From an uncultured archaeon (GTDB taxonomy: Archaea > Thermoproteota > EX4484-205 > JAAOZP01): a DNA stretch of 64,000 nt. The number at the start of each line of letters is the position of its first letter. Positions within the stretch are counted from its first letter, which is position 1. The stretch is taken from contig CALIBN010000016.1 of the NCBI GenBank assembly GCA_938045545.1, positions 1 through 64,000 on the forward strand. The letters run 5' to 3'. The notes under the pieces were generated by a model that saw only the letters and a program-made list of their open reading frames with translations, was not told the origin of the DNA and did not search any database. This document shows positions 1 through 11,351 of this stretch, one piece after another. The position numbers were made by a program, and so were the translations under genes.

Positions 1-489
1 TTAAACGCTACTGTTGCGCCGATAATATTCGCCATGTTCGGCATTCCTGTTTTCTGCGACATGGTTGGCTTCGCCTCTCTGATTCTAGCTGTCTGGTGGA
101 TTAGGAAACTTGGAGTAGCAAGCGCGGTAGGCTTCGTTGCAACAATCATAAATTTCATCTTAAGACCTACTGGGACACACTTCTTGGGGTTTACGGCGGC
201 CAGCGTTGTGTTCGACGCTTTAGCCTGGGTGTTCCGTTACGGGAACTGTTTCGGAAGGAGAATCGTCGGCGCGGTGCTTCTACTGGTTGCTTCAACGGCT
301 TCAGCCGCGGTAGCAGGCTTCATAATAGGAGCGTTCTTCATGGCTGCCCCACAGCTAATCAGATGGGGAGGGGTGTTCGGCTGGGTTCTGCTCCACATGG
401 CTGGCGGAGCAGTGGGATGGGTCATCGGCGTAGCGCTTTTTTTAAGCCTGGAGGCTAGGGGACTGTGCAAGCAGGGGATGAGCATCTAG
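1..489 (+). CDS. Membrane protein, ECF transporter S-component-like (open at window start)
   Basis: Frame open from position 1; multiple Gly-rich hydrophobic helices. Confidence 0.55.
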   Translation, partial: LNATVAPIIFAMFGIPVFCDMVGFASLILAVWWIRKLGVASAVGFVATIINFILRPTGTHFLGFTAASVVFDALAWVFRYGNCFGRRIVGAVLLLVASTASAAVAGFIIGAFFMAAPQLIRWGGVFGWVLLHMAGGAVGWVIGVALFLSLEARGLCKQGMSI

Positions 490-903
490 ATGTTGACACG
501 TGTTCAACGAGAGCTTTTAGAGAAGGCTGTCAGCCTCCACGGGCATCTCGGCCCATTTCTAGTCATAGGTTTGAAAATGGGTTTAAAAGCGTGGAACACG
601 GTGGGCAGGCCCGTTGCGTGCGAAGTCACTGCTCCCGGGGAGAAGCCCTACTTATGCTGCGTCGACGGGCTGAAGACTGTTTTGGGTGGAAGCATTTCCG
701 TGAAGAATGGGGACTGCTTATCCGCCTGGTTTAGAAGTGCTAGCGGAAGCCAGCTTGTTCTACGGGTCAGGGCGAGCATAGTTGAGAAATACGCTATGAA
801 ATACGCTGGCACACCCTGGGAGGGGTGTGAGCAGGATGCTTTTGAAGTCGCGGATGCTAGTGACGAGGAGCTTTTCGAGCCCGAGCTGTTGAAAAGCCTC
901 TGA
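490..903 (+). CDS. FmdE/FwdE-family protein
   Basis: LHGHLGPFLVIGLKMG and CCVDG motifs typical of the FmdE family. Confidence 0.75.
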   Translation: MLTRVQRELLEKAVSLHGHLGPFLVIGLKMGLKAWNTVGRPVACEVTAPGEKPYLCCVDGLKTVLGGSISVKNGDCLSAWFRSASGSQLVLRVRASIVEKYAMKYAGTPWEGCEQDAFEVADASDEELFEPELLKSL

Positions 904-929
904 GTCGTGGTAAAACGTTCAGAATAATT

Positions 930-2269
930 CTAAACGGTTCCCACTATTAGAACGGCGTCCTCGCTAAACGGTGCTGTGAATAATCTTTTCCCTCCGCCTT
1001 CGGATTTCTCCTCGCCGGCTGCCTCGCCTGTGACTGGGTTGAGCCATTCAGCCCTAAGGCTTCCCCTCGCTCCTGAAAGATCAACCCATATGGTCAACGG
1101 GTATTCTCTCGGAACGTACACAACGTATTCAGCCCTAGGGTTTGCCAAACAGTAGCCTGTTTTAGCAAGCTCCGGGCGGGGGGTGAACCCTGCGAGGTTC
1201 AGTTTCTCCGCCAGCATGCAAGTGCAGCCCATTGCTCTCCTAATTGGCTCCCACCTGGTGTCAACCCTCCCCACGTCCTTAAGCCCTAAGCCAGTAAGCC
1301 CGCCTGCAGTGTAGCCGCTATCATACGGATCCATGAAAATGGGATTATAACCTCTGGTGAAGGACTTCCAAACCCAGCTTGCGTCTCCACCAATGCCCCA
1401 AAGGTGATCCGTATCCAAGAGGACAACCTTCACACCGTCAGCCGGAGGCGGATCATACCTGTAGCTGTAGCCGTTTCTAGCGGCAGTGTTCGGCGAAACC
1501 CATTCCGCCGGGCTTCTGAAAAGATCCTCATTATCACCCGGGCTTCCGGGAGACCATGGGACAGTCATTCCAACAGGATGCTGTTTCCCCAATTTTTTCT
1601 CAAGATCGTGTATGAAGCTAATCATATGGTATTGCCACTCCACGGATTCATTGCTGCTTTCATTCGATATCTCGTAAAGCACGTTATCCAAGTGTTAACC
1701 GTTTCAACAACCTTCTTAACATAAGCCTTGTGCAAGGAAGTGACCTCGGGAACCTTAAGCGTGTGAACTAGTCTTCCCTCCCCCGTCCCATACGGGTCAC
1801 CGTCTACATCGTTCATATTGTTGTTTCTGTTAAACGGGTGCTGGGTGACCGGGTTTGTCTCCCTACCCTTGCTCTCAACATCCCATCCTTGGAAAAGCAT
1901 TATTGAAACATAAATACCCTGTCTCCCGGCTGCGACAACCCTACTCCGCAGCCTCTCAAAATACTCCTCGTCAAACTCCGTCAGGTTAAACTTTCCGGAG
2001 GATGCCCGCCTGTAGGGTAGAGGATGAACCAGCCGCTTATCCTCGCTCCATCCATGAAGCCATTCCCCTCCAGCCCCGCATTCCCATGCCCACATCCGCA
2101 TGAAGTTATGGTAAGCTTCATAGTCAAACGGAGAATCACTCTCATATTCTTGCAGGTTGCTCCAAGTGTGGGAGCCCGTCAGATAAACTGCTTTACCTGT
2201 TGAGTCGCAGAAATATCGCGGATTAGCTGGATGAGTCTTTAAAGGGCCAAGCAAGCCGGATGAAACCAT
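930..2269 (-). pseudogene. Glycoside-hydrolase-like TIM barrel (DUF6298/DUF4038-like) with C-terminal beta domain, frameshifted
   Basis: ORFs 1622..2269 and 930..1691 join as VN(D)LDNVLYEISNE; one base missing near 1692. Confidence 0.6.
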
Positions 2270-2401
2270 GCCTTGCAGTGAAAACTATTCAAGTTAATAT
2301 TTAAGTTTTTAGGAAAAACTGATGCTGATGATTGAAGACAGATCCAGACTTCTATTTGAAATAATATTCTTCACCCGGTCGAGCTTCCTCATGCATGCGG
2401 T

Positions 2402-2659
2402 CTAGAATGAAACCGTTATCGCCTTCTGTGGACAGGCTTTCACGCATTTGCCGCAATGCGTGCAGAGTGAGAGCCAAACTGGTGTTATCTGCCAGTACTG
2501 CGGGTCGTAGGGGTTATCCTCTTTCACGTTGAAAGCCATGTGGCGTACGAAGACAGCTGGGTCGCAGGCCTGCAGGCACTTGCTGCATTGCCTAGGATCT
2601 ATTCCCCCGGTTGCGTTTCCACATTTAGAGTAGTCGATTACTATCTTCGTCTTCACCAA
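2402..2659 (-). CDS. Small ferredoxin-like 4Fe-4S protein
   Basis: CxxCxxxC and CxxCxxCxxxCP motifs. Confidence 0.75.
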   Translation of the reverse strand: MVKTKIVIDYSKCGNATGGIDPRQCSKCLQACDPAVFVRHMAFNVKEDNPYDPQYWQITPVWLSLCTHCGKCVKACPQKAITVSF

Positions 2660-2676
2660 GTGTGTTCACCCCCGGG

Positions 2677-3546
2677 TTAATACTTGCCACGTAGGAGAGG
2701 GTTCTCATTCCTAGGCAGCAGCCTTATCGCGTCGTGTGGACACCTGTCCCTGCAGAGCCCGCATCCGAAACACTTAGTAGGGTCTATCAATACTCTTTTG
2801 AGAGTGGGGCTGAACCTTATTGCGCCGAACTGGCAGCTTGCAACACACGTCTTGCAGCCCTGGCAAAGGTCAGGGTTTACTTCCGCATAGTACTCCGCCT
2901 TGTAAACAGTGTGGAGGCCGAAGTCCATTCTCAAACGTAGGCCGCCGCACTGCGGTGTCTCACACGAGCATATGGCGCATATGTAGGGCACGGGCTGGAA
3001 CCAGACTGTGGCTACTCGCCCCTTCCTGTTCTGCTCCTCCAGAGCCGCTGCTGCTTCATCACGGCTTAAACGCACCTTAGTGTTCTCAGGAATGAACCTG
3101 GGTAGTTTCTCTATTACTGTTGAGAGGACGCCGAAGTTGATGCAGCACACGTCTTTAATACCCTTCTGCATCAAGCGGCACATGCAGTAGTTCTGAATAA
3201 TGGGTTCAGCGGCAAGGTTGAGCATTATCAGCTTCGCCTCCTCAATAGGTATTACTTGGCCGAAGTGTCCGTCTGCCCTAACAGGGTTCCTGTTCTTGCT
3301 TTCAGAGTGAATCATTCCCTCGACTGCCCGCCGGATCACCCGGCCTATGATTGGCATTCTAAGCTTATAGCCCAACCCTATAGAGGAAATACCCATTATC
3401 TTCCTAATGTAGACCTGCTCGAAGTTTTTCCACTGTTCCTCCAAGTATGCTTGAAGATTCATGGCTTCCGCCAGCTCGTATGAATAGTTCCTAGCGTTCA
3501 AATACCATTTTCCACCGGCGCCATGCTTCATGCACCAGTCGCACAT
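2677..3546 (-). CDS. 4Fe-4S dicluster-domain protein
   Basis: Two C-terminal CxxCxxCxxxC motifs plus additional Cys clusters. Confidence 0.8.
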   Translation of the reverse strand: MCDWCMKHGAGGKWYLNARNYSYELAEAMNLQAYLEEQWKNFEQVYIRKIMGISSIGLGYKLRMPIIGRVIRRAVEGMIHSESKNRNPVRADGHFGQVIPIEEAKLIMLNLAAEPIIQNYCMCRLMQKGIKDVCCINFGVLSTVIEKLPRFIPENTKVRLSRDEAAAALEEQNRKGRVATVWFQPVPYICAICSCETPQCGGLRLRMDFGLHTVYKAEYYAEVNPDLCQGCKTCVASCQFGAIRFSPTLKRVLIDPTKCFGCGLCRDRCPHDAIRLLPRNENPLLRGKY

Positions 3547-3661
3547 GGTTAAACCCTTTAAAATTACTGCTGATTACTATTTAAGTCTTCTCAGCTCACG
3601 CTGTTAATATTTAAATCGTTTAAGTTGTTTTAAAAACAGGCCAGTTGTTTCAGGCCGGGCT

Positions 3662-5304
3662 ATGCCCGACAGGTTCGTCATCCTCAGGCCCAGGGGGGAA
3701 GGAGGATCGTTGAAGATAGTGAGCAGGGAGATCGGGGCTAAAAACTATGTTGCCAAGCCTGTCTCCGGAGAGATGGATGTTGAGCACGTTGAGGTTTCCC
3801 CGGAGGAGTGCCTCCAGCCCTCGCTCAGCGATGAGCATGTTCTCAGGCTTGCTGAAATCGGCCTCGCCATCGAGAAGGTTTTCGAGTGCCCGCAGGACGT
3901 GGAGTGGGCTGTCGACGCGGATAACAGTATTCTGATACTCCAGTCTAGGCCGGTGACCTCGCTCCCCAGGCAGGCTTCTGAGGACGAGGTTGTCTGGAGC
4001 AGGGGCTACTCGGACGACTACTGGAACGACCCGGTTACACCCTTGTTCTTCGAGCTCCTAGGCGACCAGCTTACGAACATTGTGAACATTGAGCTTAACA
4101 AGATCATGGGCTACTCTCAACCCGGCTCCAGGAAGACGGACCAGCTGCTGAAGCTTCACCACGCGCACGCCTACTTCAACCTTGAGGTGTTGAAGCGGAA
4201 GGTCGAGTATGAGATTCCCCCGTTCCTGCGCAACGAGGATATTTTGACTATTTCCCTGATGGAAGCGGGACGTACGGCAAGGAGACCGTGAAGAAACTGC
4301 CTTTCAGGCTTAGGAAACGGATAATGGCTGAGCTCCGCGTAATGCTTCACGATCCTAATGGCTCCGTGACTAGGACAGCATCAGCCTACGAGGAGTGGAC
4401 CCGTAGAGTGTTTAACCCTTTCTGGGAGCAGTTTGAGTCGAGGATAAGCAGGATGAGGGGTGGGGCGAGCATCAGGAACTATGTTGATCTGGCTGAGGAG
4501 CTGGATGAGCTGATGACCGGCCACTTCCGGCTGGTTAGGTATGGTATTCCGGTTCACAACATCAGCATGAACCTGCTCGCCCAATACTTGTTGAAGCGTT
4601 TCATAGGCGAGGAGGAGGCTTTGAAAACCTATCCTGTTCTAATATCCGGCTTGAAGCATAAGACGAGTGAGACGAACGAGAGGATCAGTATCCTTGCTTT
4701 CATCGCAAGCTCCTCGCCCGAGCTTAAGAGGATTATTCTTGACGATCCTTCGGAGAAACATCTGGAGAAAATAGGCTTGTTGAAAACTCCTGAAGCGCAG
4801 AGGTTCATGAATGAGTTCAACCGTTTCCTAGAGGATTTCGGAGCCCGGGGCTTCACCAGAGAGCCGTATTACCCCCGATGGGGTGAGGCGCCCCAGTATG
4901 TTTTCGACATTCTTAAGCCGCTTGTCGAGGAGGGTGGGAGCGTTGCAAAAGTGGAGCCTGAAGGCTTGAGGCAGGAGGAGGCTATGAGGATGGTTGAGCG
5001 GAGAATCAGGTCTCTCCGCTTCGGCTGGTTTAAATGGAGGCTTTTCTCAACCATCTTGGGTTTCGCCCGCAGAGAGATTCTGGTGGTGCCGCGCACAGAC
5101 CCGGGTTAGACACCAGTTTTCAGCAAGATCGGCGGCCTGATAACGGAGACAGGCGGAATGCTTTCCCACGGTGCCGTAGTATCCAGGGAATACGGGATTC
5201 CGGCTGTCACAAACGTTCCGAACGCCTGCAGGGTTTTTAAGACGGGCCGGACGGTAACCATAGACGGGAACAATTGCCTCGTCAGGGTTGAGGGGGCGGC
5301 GTGA
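3662..5304 (+). pseudogene. PEP synthase/rifampin-phosphotransferase-like PEP-utilizing enzyme, decayed
   Basis: PQDVEWA...LQSRPVT end of the ATP-grasp domain; N-terminus missing; 1-nt deletion near 4246; TAG at 5107-5109 in TDPG[W]TP; then GGMLSHGAVVSREYGIP His-swivel domain. Confidence 0.8.
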
Positions 5305-6264
5305 ATGGAGCCGTTAAAGCATAGGCCGAAGAACCATGTTGAGTGGAATGAGTCCTACTATTTTGTTTTCTACGACTTGAAGCAGGGGCTCGGCGGAATG
5401 ACTAGGCTGGGCTTCAAGCCGAACAAGAAGGAGGCCATGACTTTCCTCTTCCTGCCGGACGGCTCCGCCGCGGGATACCAGGCTGTGGAGGAGACCGGGG
5501 ACTATGGGCTTCAGGGTCTGCGCGTCGGCAAGGTTGTTCACAAGCCTCTTCCCGAAGGTGTTTGGAAATATTTTTTTGAGGGGGACATGATTGCAGTGAG
5601 GAACCCTGAAGACCTTCCTAGGACAAGGGGAAACCCTTCTCTAGCTTCAGGCGTTTTCCCTTCTAGGGTTGAGCTTTCCCTCACGCCGATTAGCGAGGTC
5701 TACGAATATAGTGCGCACATGACTCCTGAGTCCAGGATGCTTGGGGAAAAGTCTGGGGACGAGCACTGGGAGCAGATCGGCATCGTCAACGGGGAGGTTC
5801 ACTTAGGCGGGGAGACATACGGGGTTGAACAGTCTATGGGTCAGCGCGACCATACTCACGGGGTCCGCGAGTGGACCAGCATAGACTACTGGCTTTACTA
5901 CGTTGTCTGGTTTTCAAGGGAGCTTGCAGTCAACCCTGCTGCAATAATAATGGGTGACGGCAGGGTTTCCACAGGAGGCTTCCTTTTCGAAAAGGGAAGG
6001 AATATTCCGATTGAGAGAATCCGTGTTCTCGAGCAGGAGTTTCGAGACGAGGTTATACCCGTGTGCTCCAGGCTTGAGCTGGTCGACGGCCTCGGCAGAA
6101 GGCACGTGCTGGAGGCTAGAGCAGGCCCAGTGATCCCGGTGCCCTTCACTGACAGCGAGAAGAATGTTTCAATACTGGCGCAGTCCTTCGGCAGCTTTAA
6201 GCTGGACGGTGTAGAGGGTGGCTACGGTAGTTTCGAGACGCTTAGGAGGAAGCCGAGAAAATAG
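5305..6264 (+). CDS. Lipocalin/tocopherol-cyclase-like beta-barrel protein (DUF7064-like)
   Basis: WNESYYF, HWEQ and GQRDHTHGVREW motifs. Confidence 0.55.
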   Translation: MEPLKHRPKNHVEWNESYYFVFYDLKQGLGGMTRLGFKPNKKEAMTFLFLPDGSAAGYQAVEETGDYGLQGLRVGKVVHKPLPEGVWKYFFEGDMIAVRNPEDLPRTRGNPSLASGVFPSRVELSLTPISEVYEYSAHMTPESRMLGEKSGDEHWEQIGIVNGEVHLGGETYGVEQSMGQRDHTHGVREWTSIDYWLYYVVWFSRELAVNPAAIIMGDGRVSTGGFLFEKGRNIPIERIRVLEQEFRDEVIPVCSRLELVDGLGRRHVLEARAGPVIPVPFTDSEKNVSILAQSFGSFKLDGVEGGYGSFETLRRKPRK

Positions 6265-6281
6265 GGTTCCCCAAGCCGTTG

Positions 6282-7172
6282 TCAAGAGAAGCTTGTGAAC
6301 AGCCATTCCAGGAGCCCGCTGCCTGTTTCCCCGCTTTCCTCAAGACGGTGGACAGCCATGGCTTCAACAAGCTCCGTCGTGCCCCCTGGGAACCGGCGGG
6401 TGAACTTGACGAAGCTCGACGGCGACAATAGTTTCGAGCGGACAACGTATTCCTTTCCGTCTTGACAGATTACTCTGGTTGCCGCGCCGGTGGGTGTCCC
6501 CGGTTCCCCGCCGTACTCAGTCTCAACCCTAACGCTGGAAACAGGGGTGCTCCCCCGGGCTGTTGAAACCCCGCCTGAGACTGTTTTAACACCCTTGACA
6601 CTATCCATTCTAAGCCCTATGGAGAAGTCTCTGAACTGGGCGTGGAAAGCATACCAATAGTCTATGTGCCACTGTCTTGGGCCCCAGCTCTTATCCCTCT
6701 GCCCGTAACCCTGAATATTCTTCTCAACCCCTCTGATTCTAATTACCCCGGATACTTTGCCGGACTGTTCGAAGTGGCCCTCCCAGGATGTTCCGCTCCC
6801 CCGGCCGAAGCTGAACGCGGGGAACCTTCCTGTCCAAAGGATCTCCGCCTCAAGTTCAAGGCCTGAGAAAACTATGTGCCAGCTTTTCAAGGCTTCAACC
6901 AGCTGGAAGCATAGACGCCCGTCGTCTAGGCACTCGAGGGTTTCAAGGCTGAAAGGCGAGTCATGCTCCTGGTGGTAGAGATGTCTCTCACCCTCGTGGA
7001 AGACGGCGAAGACGAATTCCCTCCTGGACAAGTTTGGGTAGAGGCCTATTGTTGCGAAACCTGAAACCATGTTTTCAAGGTCTACGAAGTTGAAATAGTA
7101 GCTTTCCCTCCAGTCTTTTCTCTCGGAGGGCTTATGGTTCTGCTCGTCCCCAGGATGAGGAGTGCTCATCAT
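6282..7172 (-). CDS. Paralog of 5305..6264 (DUF7064-like); probable start MMSTPHP at 7172
   Basis: WRESYYF, HFEQ and GQRDKSWGPRQW motifs; the longer ORF-track start overlaps the upstream gene. Confidence 0.6.
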   Translation of the reverse strand: MMSTPHPGDEQNHKPSERKDWRESYYFNFVDLENMVSGFATIGLYPNLSRREFVFAVFHEGERHLYHQEHDSPFSLETLECLDDGRLCFQLVEALKSWHIVFSGLELEAEILWTGRFPAFSFGRGSGTSWEGHFEQSGKVSGVIRIRGVEKNIQGYGQRDKSWGPRQWHIDYWYAFHAQFRDFSIGLRMDSVKGVKTVSGGVSTARGSTPVSSVRVETEYGGEPGTPTGAATRVICQDGKEYVVRSKLLSPSSFVKFTRRFPGGTTELVEAMAVHRLEESGETGSGLLEWLFTSFS

Positions 7173-7180
7173 TTCAGCAT

Positions 7181-8362
7181 CTACTCCGGAAGATAGTAGA
7201 GCACCGGGTCCCTCTCCCCCAGGAAGGGAAGAACCTTCATCTTTACCGCCTTCATCTTTATGCGGGTGAACGCCGGGTCTTCGTCGTGCGTCATGAAGTA
7301 GGGCAGGTACTCCTCCTGCACCTCCCGGGATATTTCCCAGTCTATCTCGCCAGTAACCCCAACTATGTCTGTATACCTTACGAAACACCTCCAGTATGCT
7401 TCAGCCCCGGCGAGAAGCAGCTGCCTCCTATCCATTTCCGCGAACCTCATGTAGAGCTCCATCTGAGCAGCTTCAGCGGCCTCACCATAGGCGGAGAGCT
7501 CGTCGAGCTGCAGCGGCATGATGGTGTCGTTCCTCCTAGTGTAGGCTGCTATCCTCGTAACCAGCCTGCTGTAGTCCCCTGGCTCCACGATCATAGTGCC
7601 AATGTCGTTGAAGGTTGCTCTAGCCCCGCGGATGGTCATCGCAACTCCGAGGGTTGAGCTGGGGAGCTTGGCTTCCGTCGCAGACCAAGGGTGCCAGGGC
7701 CGCCTGCCGTCATAGAGATTCGTATACTCTGAGATGACGAGTATCTCGTTCTCCCCGAATGGGTATGGGCCATGGTTAACTATTTTCGCGCGGGCCTCAC
7801 ACTCGTCTATGAAAGCGTAAAGGTCTACGGAGCCTATTGCCCGCCGCGCCTTGACAACCTGGTTTTCGCCAACGGGCTGAAGGTTCTCCATGACCCAGAT
7901 TAAAGCATCTTCGTTGAGTGCGAGGTTTACTCCTCCGGATGCGGCGACAGTCGGCTTCCCAGTGTTGAAGTAGTTCGTTGCCAGGCGATACCAGTGTTCA
8001 AGCATCCATCTCCACTGTTCTCTTTTCTCAGGAGGCTCCTTGGAAGGGTCTCCCCCATACTTGTTGTATATTGTTCCCATTCTAGCTAGAGAATAGTAGA
8101 GCCAGAGGTAGGAGACTGAAAGGGCCTGTATGGGGGAGAGTAGGAACTTGCTTCTAGCAGCCAGTTCCTCCGGGGTTATTCTGCTCCAAACCCTCTTCAT
8201 AACGTCGTAGAGATGGTGATAAGTCTGGTAGAAGCCGACGCAAATATACGCGTTAACCGGGAAAAGCTTGGACTCTAGCAGGGTTCTCTGAGTCACGATG
8301 TTCAGGAAAACATTGCTGAGGTGGGCTATCTGCTCATTTATCTCAGACACCCGCATAGGCAT
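7181..8362 (-). CDS. Hypothetical protein (393 aa)
   Basis: Long intact ORF with protein-like composition; divergent from a stand-alone PEP-utilizing domain. Confidence 0.7.
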   Translation of the reverse strand: MPMRVSEINEQIAHLSNVFLNIVTQRTLLESKLFPVNAYICVGFYQTYHHLYDVMKRVWSRITPEELAARSKFLLSPIQALSVSYLWLYYSLARMGTIYNKYGGDPSKEPPEKREQWRWMLEHWYRLATNYFNTGKPTVAASGGVNLALNEDALIWVMENLQPVGENQVVKARRAIGSVDLYAFIDECEARAKIVNHGPYPFGENEILVISEYTNLYDGRRPWHPWSATEAKLPSSTLGVAMTIRGARATFNDIGTMIVEPGDYSRLVTRIAAYTRRNDTIMPLQLDELSAYGEAAEAAQMELYMRFAEMDRRQLLLAGAEAYWRCFVRYTDIVGVTGEIDWEISREVQEEYLPYFMTHDEDPAFTRIKMKAVKMKVLPFLGERDPVLYYLPE

Positions 8363-8460
8363 GGTGGGATGGTTGTAATTAGGCTAATAAGTTTTTAAAG
8401 CAAGACATATAGAACTGTCTGGCTATTCCAAGCCGGCTGCCGGGAGGAGGAGAGCGGGGC

Positions 8461-8811
8461 TTGAAAATAGTGGGCCGCGGCCTGATCACGATAAAGACGA
8501 GGGTGGAGGGGGAGCTGCGCTACGTTAAAAATGTGAGGGATGTGCTGGCCCTCTTGAAGGAGGGGGCTGCGGGTAAGATAGTGATGGTTGACGACGCTGG
8601 GGTGACGCTGCTTGGGCCAGTGCTTTCAAAGCTGGCTGGAGTAGTATGCCTTTCCGGGGGCCTCGGCTCCCACTTGGCCATAGTCAGCCGGGAGTTTTCA
8701 ATCCCAGCGTTAATGGGTACGAGGCTTGAGACGGGTAAGCAGCTTCACGGGCGGAGGGTTGTCATCGAGCCGCGGGACGGAAACAATGGTGTTCTGATGA
8801 CCGACGAGTAG
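8461..8811 (+). CDS. Stand-alone PEP-utilizing enzyme mobile (His-swivel) domain
   Basis: GGLGSHLAIVSREFSIPALMG motif. Confidence 0.8.
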   Translation: MKIVGRGLITIKTRVEGELRYVKNVRDVLALLKEGAAGKIVMVDDAGVTLLGPVLSKLAGVVCLSGGLGSHLAIVSREFSIPALMGTRLETGKQLHGRRVVIEPRDGNNGVLMTDE

Positions 8812-8962
8812 GGCGTGCTGCTGGCAGCATATTTGTTACAGGTGGGTTGGCTTACTGCAGTTTGAAATACTCTAAAAAACGTCATGACTTAGGGATCACG
8901 CGTTAAAAATGCGTTGAAACTGTTTTCATTCCTTTAAGGACCCTTTCTCGGACCATTGAGTA

Positions 8963-9160
8963 TCATACACTTATCTTTTTGAACCCGAATTTTTCATAGA
9001 ATTTGTCGATCCCCTCTTCTACTTCGGCGAATATGAGTTCCACGCCCTGTTCAAAAGCCTGTTCTGAAAATTTCTGGACAAGCGTTGAGCCTATGTCTTT
9101 TCGACTATGTTGCCTGTGCACCATCGTTGAATGTATCACTGTCTCTTTCCTCCTGCGCAC
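8963..9160 (-). pseudogene. GNAT acetyltransferase C-terminal fragment
   Basis: Motif A-like HSRKDIGSTL and FYEKFGF; too short for a full domain. Confidence 0.55.
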
Positions 9161-9208
9161 GCATTTAGAAGCAGAAATGTTTAAAAAACTCTTGACTCAG
9201 AGTAGGTC

Positions 9209-10054
9209 ATGAGCGTTAGAAAGGCGCGAATCGGTTTCATAGGCTGCGGCAGCCACGCCTCATCCTCTCTCTATCCTGCCATTCACACTATTCCGCAGAT
9301 TGAGCTTGCCGCTGTTTGCGACTTGAAGGAGGAGCTTGCGAGGAGGAATGCTAGAAGCTTCGGAGCCCTGCGCTGGTATACTGATGTTAAGGAGATGCTT
9401 AGGAGGGAGGAGCTGGACGGCGCCATAATCGTCGGCCCTCCACAGATGCACTGCGAGCTCGGGAAGCTCTGCCTCGACGCCGGCCTACCGATCCTCGTTG
9501 AGAAGCCTTCCGCCGTTTCCCACAGGGAGGCTGTTGAGCTCGCGCAGCATGCTGAGGACGCTGGACTATGGGGTGCTGTAGCTTACATGAAGCGCTACGC
9601 CGTGTGCGGATGGTGAGGAAAATAGCTTTCAGCCAGGAGTTCGGGGTATTCACTGTCTTGAGGCAAGGTTTTCAAACGGCCCCTACCCGCGATCTGGGGC
9701 ATAGAGGACCCGGCTAAAGCATTCCTAATAGGGCAGGTTGTCCATATTTTCAACTTGGCCAGGTTCTTCTGCGGGGAGATGCGGGAGGTCTATGCTAAGC
9801 TCCACTGTCTTAACCCGAACATGTTTGCCTACACCATCGTCGGCGAGTTTGAGAGCAAAGTCCCATTCGTCATGAACCTGAACTCTCTGGAGGCTGGAGA
9901 CTGGAAGATAAGCGAGAGGTTCGCCCTCTCTGGAGACGGCTGCTGGCTTGAGGTTGAAGACATGCTTCGCCTAAACTACCGTCCCAGGAGCCTCCCCCTG
10001 CAGGAGTTTAAAGTAGGCGGTAGGACGCAGACCATAAGCTGGAGAAATCGGTGA
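9209..10054 (+). pseudogene. Gfo/Idh/MocA oxidoreductase, frameshifted and truncated
   Basis: IGFIGCG Rossmann motif and ILVEKP; several indels at 9600-9700; runs into nuclease cassette at ~10041. Confidence 0.8.
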
Positions 10055-10473
10055 GGATTATGTAAGGTTTTACCGCGAGGAGGACATTAAGGAAGTTGTA
10101 TCTAGGAAGACCGGAATACCTAAGGAGGAGCTCGAGGTCGTCCAAGGGTATGAGACATGGGAACCGGACTTCTACGTTTATCATGGAAAGGGGTTATTGG
10201 CGATAGTCGAGGTCAAGACCACGACCGTATCTGATAAATATCCGAAAGAATCTTGGAAGATGCCGTTAGGGACTTTATGTCACTTCAGACTACAAAGGTG
10301 CTGAACTCGGAATCTCCGTAATTATATACCTTAGGGACTTGGATAGGATAATCGAGACGGAATTTAAAGAGGGGGTTGAGCTCATCATGCGGGGCATCAC
10401 TAAGGCCGAGCTTGAGGAGAAGGAGGTCGAGGAGATTGTGGAGGAGATCATCAGAAGCCTCGGATGGCCTTGA
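10041..10473 (+). pseudogene. PD-(D/E)XK nuclease C-terminal fragment (cassette 1)
   Basis: Translates GEIGEDYVRFYREEDIKEVVSRKTGIPKEELEVVQGYETWEPDFYVYH...AIVEVKTTT; near-identical to 49690-49860 on the minus strand. Confidence 0.75.
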
Positions 10474-10475
10474 GG

Positions 10476-11186
10476 CTAGGGCAGGTAAAGCTTCCAGCCT
10501 CTCTCCTTCTCCAATTTCTCAGCTTCGCCCTCTGAGAAGACCGCGTAGACTGTGTAATCGAGGTCGCTGATCGCATAGTATTGGTATCCAGCATCCTTAA
10601 TCAACTCGTTTATCTTCTTTATAGCTGGATCCATGTAAAGGTAATCTCTATTGCTATAGAACTCCATCAAATGCTCCTTTCCCCTAAACTCAAAGAATAC
10701 CTTAAAAATCCAACCCGCATAGGAACACCACTTTCCCAATGCCGCCTTCAACGCCGGGGGAGGCTCTTCGTCCCACTCCAACATCTCCTCCCCGATGTAC
10801 CTAGGGTTGAAAACCCCTCTAGATATCCTCGCGAGCTTCCTCAACAATATCTCACACATGTCCTTCTCTATGACCACCTCGACGTCCTCGACGAAGACTC
10901 TCTTAACGTCGAAGAAGGAAAGTTTCTTATCTACATCAAAATCGCTGGCCTTCATCCAATAATCCTCGTGCTCCTCGAGCGATTCCCTCAAGTATCGCCC
11001 GCGAGCCCCCCTCTCCTTTTTAGGCCACGTCTCAACAAACCAATCGACATCATAATCTGTTTCCCCGTTGAAAATCTTATCGAGTATCTCATCAGAAGTT
11101 AAATCGGAATAGCCCTTGAAGAAATCCATCCTCCTGAGGTACTCTATCGAATTCACGAATCGCTTCCTGAGCTCAGGGTTCATCAC
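10476..11186 (-). CDS. Conserved nuclease-partner protein (putative immunity), copy 1
   Basis: PELRKRFVNSIEYLR N-terminus and EAEKLEKERGW C-terminus shared with 36663..37340 and 48695..49454. Confidence 0.7.
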   Translation of the reverse strand: MMNPELRKRFVNSIEYLRRMDFFKGYSDLTSDEILDKIFNGETDYDVDWFVETWPKKERGARGRYLRESLEEHEDYWMKASDFDVDKKLSFFDVKRVFVEDVEVVIEKDMCEILLRKLARISRGVFNPRYIGEEMLEWDEEPPPALKAALGKWCSYAGWIFKVFFEFRGKEHLMEFYSNRDYLYMDPAIKKINELIKDAGYQYYAISDLDYTVYAVFSEGEAEKLEKERGWKLYLP

Positions 11187-11351
11187 TAATAATAATGCGG
11201 CCGTAACCTTAAAAGCATAACGCCCATAAAGATTCAGGATACTAAAGGAACCCTCTGAAGGAAATTAACAGTGCGTTGATAGACATCGCCCGCTACTAAA
11301 GCCAACTTATGACAGAAAGTATATAAAAGCAGGGTAAGATGCTTTTATCGA

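Noticed and set aside
5107-5109. In-frame TAG in the PEP-utilizing gene as possible pyrrolysine or readthrough
   Set aside because: It replaces the conserved Trp of DPGWTP (TGG to TAG) in a gene that also has a frameshift and deletions
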